DNA of 64,000 nucleotides from Bacilli bacterium (GTDB lineage Bacteria; Bacillota_I; Bacilli_A; ML615J-28; CAG-698): NCBI GenBank assembly GCA_918272565.1, contig CAKJYW010000012.1, positions 12,162 to 76,161 of the forward strand, read 5' to 3'. Shown piece by piece: positions 62,566 to 64,000 of this stretch (position 1 is its first letter; each line of letters starts with the position of its first letter). The notes under the pieces were generated by a model. It saw only the letters and a program-made list of their open reading frames with translations, ran no database searches and was not told where the DNA came from. The position numbers and the translations under genes were made by a program.

Positions 62566-63107
62566 AATATAAATGTTTAATTTGTGGACAAGTATTTGAA
62601 GTAAAAGAAGGCGAAACACCAATTTGCCCAGTATGTAAAGCTAGAGGCGAAAAGGTTGTTCCATTTAAAGAAGAAGCATTGACATGGCCTGCTGAACATG
62701 TAATTGGAGTTGCTAAAGGCGTTGATGAAGAAATTTATAAAGGATTACAAAACAATTTCCAAGGTGAATGTAGCGAAGTTGGAATGTATTTAGCAATGGC
62801 TCGTCAAGCGATGAGAGAAGGCTATCCTGAAATCGCAATGGTTTTAGAGCAAGTTGCTAAAGAAGAAGCAGAACATGCTGCTAGATTCCAAGAAATGCTA
62901 GGTGAACTTGTTTCTACTTCAACAAAAGCTAATCTAGAAAAGATGCTTGCTGGTGAAAACGGAGCATGTCATGGAAAGATGGCAATTGCTAAGAAGGCAA
63001 AAGAGCTTAACTTAGATGCAATTCATGATACAGTTCATGAGATGGCAAAAGATGAAGCTCGTCATGGCAAAGCTTTACAAGCTCTACTAGATAGATATTT
63101 TAAATAA
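62562..63107 (+). CDS. rbr: reverse rubrerythrin (N-terminal rubredoxin-like domain + ferritin-like diiron domain)
   Basis: N-terminal CLICGQ...CPVCKA Cys4; di-iron EEAEHAARF and EARHGKA motifs. Confidence 0.85.
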   Translation: MKYKCLICGQVFEVKEGETPICPVCKARGEKVVPFKEEALTWPAEHVIGVAKGVDEEIYKGLQNNFQGECSEVGMYLAMARQAMREGYPEIAMVLEQVAKEEAEHAARFQEMLGELVSTSTKANLEKMLAGENGACHGKMAIAKKAKELNLDAIHDTVHEMAKDEARHGKALQALLDRYFK

Positions 63108-63112
63108 TTAAT

Positions 63113-63143
63113 ATAGGTGATTCATTTGAATCACCTTTCTTTT
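63113..63143 (+). terminator. rho-independent terminator
   Basis: AGGTGATTCA-TTTG-AATCACCT followed by TTCTTTT. Confidence 0.65.
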
Positions 63144-63172
63144 ATAGTATAATATTTATGTAGGTGAAAGTT

Positions 63173-64000
63173 ATGAAGAAAGTTACAATGATCATTACTA
63201 ATCCCAGTGAGAATGCTATAAACTCAATGAATGTGAGTTGGCATTCAAGTTTGGATTTTAATGATAACTATTTGATGTATCACAAGAAATATTCTAAAGG
63301 CTGGATTAAAGTAGAACCTGTTAGTCACTATGTTGATGTCTTTGATAAGGTTTATACTATAAGCAAAAAAAGAAAAGACTTTTATCAAGATGTAAAATTT
63401 ATGCATCATGAGGTTACTTTAACTAATCTAGAAGCTGATACTTATTATTCTTATAAAGTTAATGGATGTAGTACTATTTATACATTTAAAACTGCTCCAA
63501 AAGAAGATTTCTCTTTCATTTGGTTTAGTGATTTTCACGCTTATCCTCCTTGTGAGAATAGATTAAAAAGAGCTAGTAAGTTAGTTGATGATATAGAATC
63601 ACTTCATAAAGATGCTGACTTTTTGTTTTGTTCTGGAGATGCTATCGCTTGGGGTGGAAGCTATAAGTTTTGGGAGGACTTTTATAAGATTCCTTGTATA
63701 AAGAAATACATGGTAGCCAATGTCTTAGGCAACCATGACTTTATGAGTAGAGGATATTTAAAGGATACTGCTCTGTATTTTAAAGAAACTAACAATTTTC
63801 CTAAGAATAGCTATGAAGGTGAATATGGAATAACATACCACTTCAAATATGCTAATTGTTTGTTTATTGTCTTTCACAATGAACACATGGGTGTTGGAGC
63901 AAATGAAAAGAAAGATAAAATAGAGGAAGCTTATAATTATTTAGAAGAAGTAATAAAAGAAAACCCTAGTGATTACATTTTCCTATGTCAACACTATCAA
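63173..64000 (+). CDS. purple-acid-phosphatase-like metallophosphoesterase (partial, 3' end beyond window)
   Basis: Open frame from ATG 63173 to the window end; N-terminal FN3/PAP-N-like region, then FSDFH, GDAIAWGG, GNHD metallophosphoesterase motifs. Confidence 0.6.
   Translation, partial: MKKVTMIITNPSENAINSMNVSWHSSLDFNDNYLMYHKKYSKGWIKVEPVSHYVDVFDKVYTISKKRKDFYQDVKFMHHEVTLTNLEADTYYSYKVNGCSTIYTFKTAPKEDFSFIWFSDFHAYPPCENRLKRASKLVDDIESLHKDADFLFCSGDAIAWGGSYKFWEDFYKIPCIKKYMVANVLGNHDFMSRGYLKDTALYFKETNNFPKNSYEGEYGITYHFKYANCLFIVFHNEHMGVGANEKKDKIEEAYNYLEEVIKENPSDYIFLCQHYQ

Overview
AT-rich (about 30% GC), low-GC Firmicutes-type chromosome segment, most likely from the Erysipelotrichia/Clostridia neighbourhood. 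The standard genetic code is used: UGG is Trp and UGA is a stop. Coding is dense and almost entirely on the + strand; only a LysR regulator is on the - strand.

Housekeeping and core genes:
- smpB followed by tmRNA (ssrA).
- Glycolysis pair gpmI-eno followed by tRNA-Leu(CAG).
- metK preceded by a SAM-I (S-box) riboswitch with an attenuator terminator.
- An NCS2 nucleobase permease preceded by a guanine-type (C74) purine riboswitch, an attenuator terminator and a small two-TM ORF.
- A LysR gene divergent from type III glutamine synthetase, followed directly by pyrG-purA-purB.
- Two ABC exporters, msrA, a nitroreductase, a reverse rubrerythrin and a PlsC acyltransferase.
- An alpha-galactoside/oligosaccharide utilisation cluster: GH13, GH1, GH36 and two GPH/MFS symporters.

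Accessory regions:
- (i) An islet immediately downstream of tmRNA carrying XRE and RNPP-like regulators, an ORF6N/KilA-N protein with an odd C-terminus, an AAA+DUF4143 ATPase with a truncated paralog, a methyltransferase, an AlbA_2/HTH protein, GNAT and TfoX genes, and a frameshifted topology-modulation kinase gene. No integrase is present.
- (ii) An AbrB-ABC transporter cluster followed by a gene fusing a 4-TM membrane domain to an Sfp-type phosphopantetheinyl transferase, and a PrmA-like methyltransferase.
- (iii) Three membrane-anchored GGDEF diguanylate cyclases, PadR-DUF1700-DUF4097 and a second DUF4097 lipoprotein.
- (iv) A tRNA-Glu(CUC)-adjacent islet of GNAT / YefM-YoeB / GNAT cassettes, each followed by a near-identical hairpin terminator.
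- (v) The most interesting candidate: an autoregulated two-gene module in which an XRE-HTH is fused to a DUF3990-like domain. That domain carries the PARP-type H-G-S ... FGKGFY ... NEF ADP-ribosyltransferase signature. A DUF3791-like partner follows, and the module sits behind twin perfect palindromic operators. It looks like an uncharacterised ADP-ribosyltransferase toxin/immunity or defence pair.

No CRISPR array, integrase, transposase or rRNA was seen.
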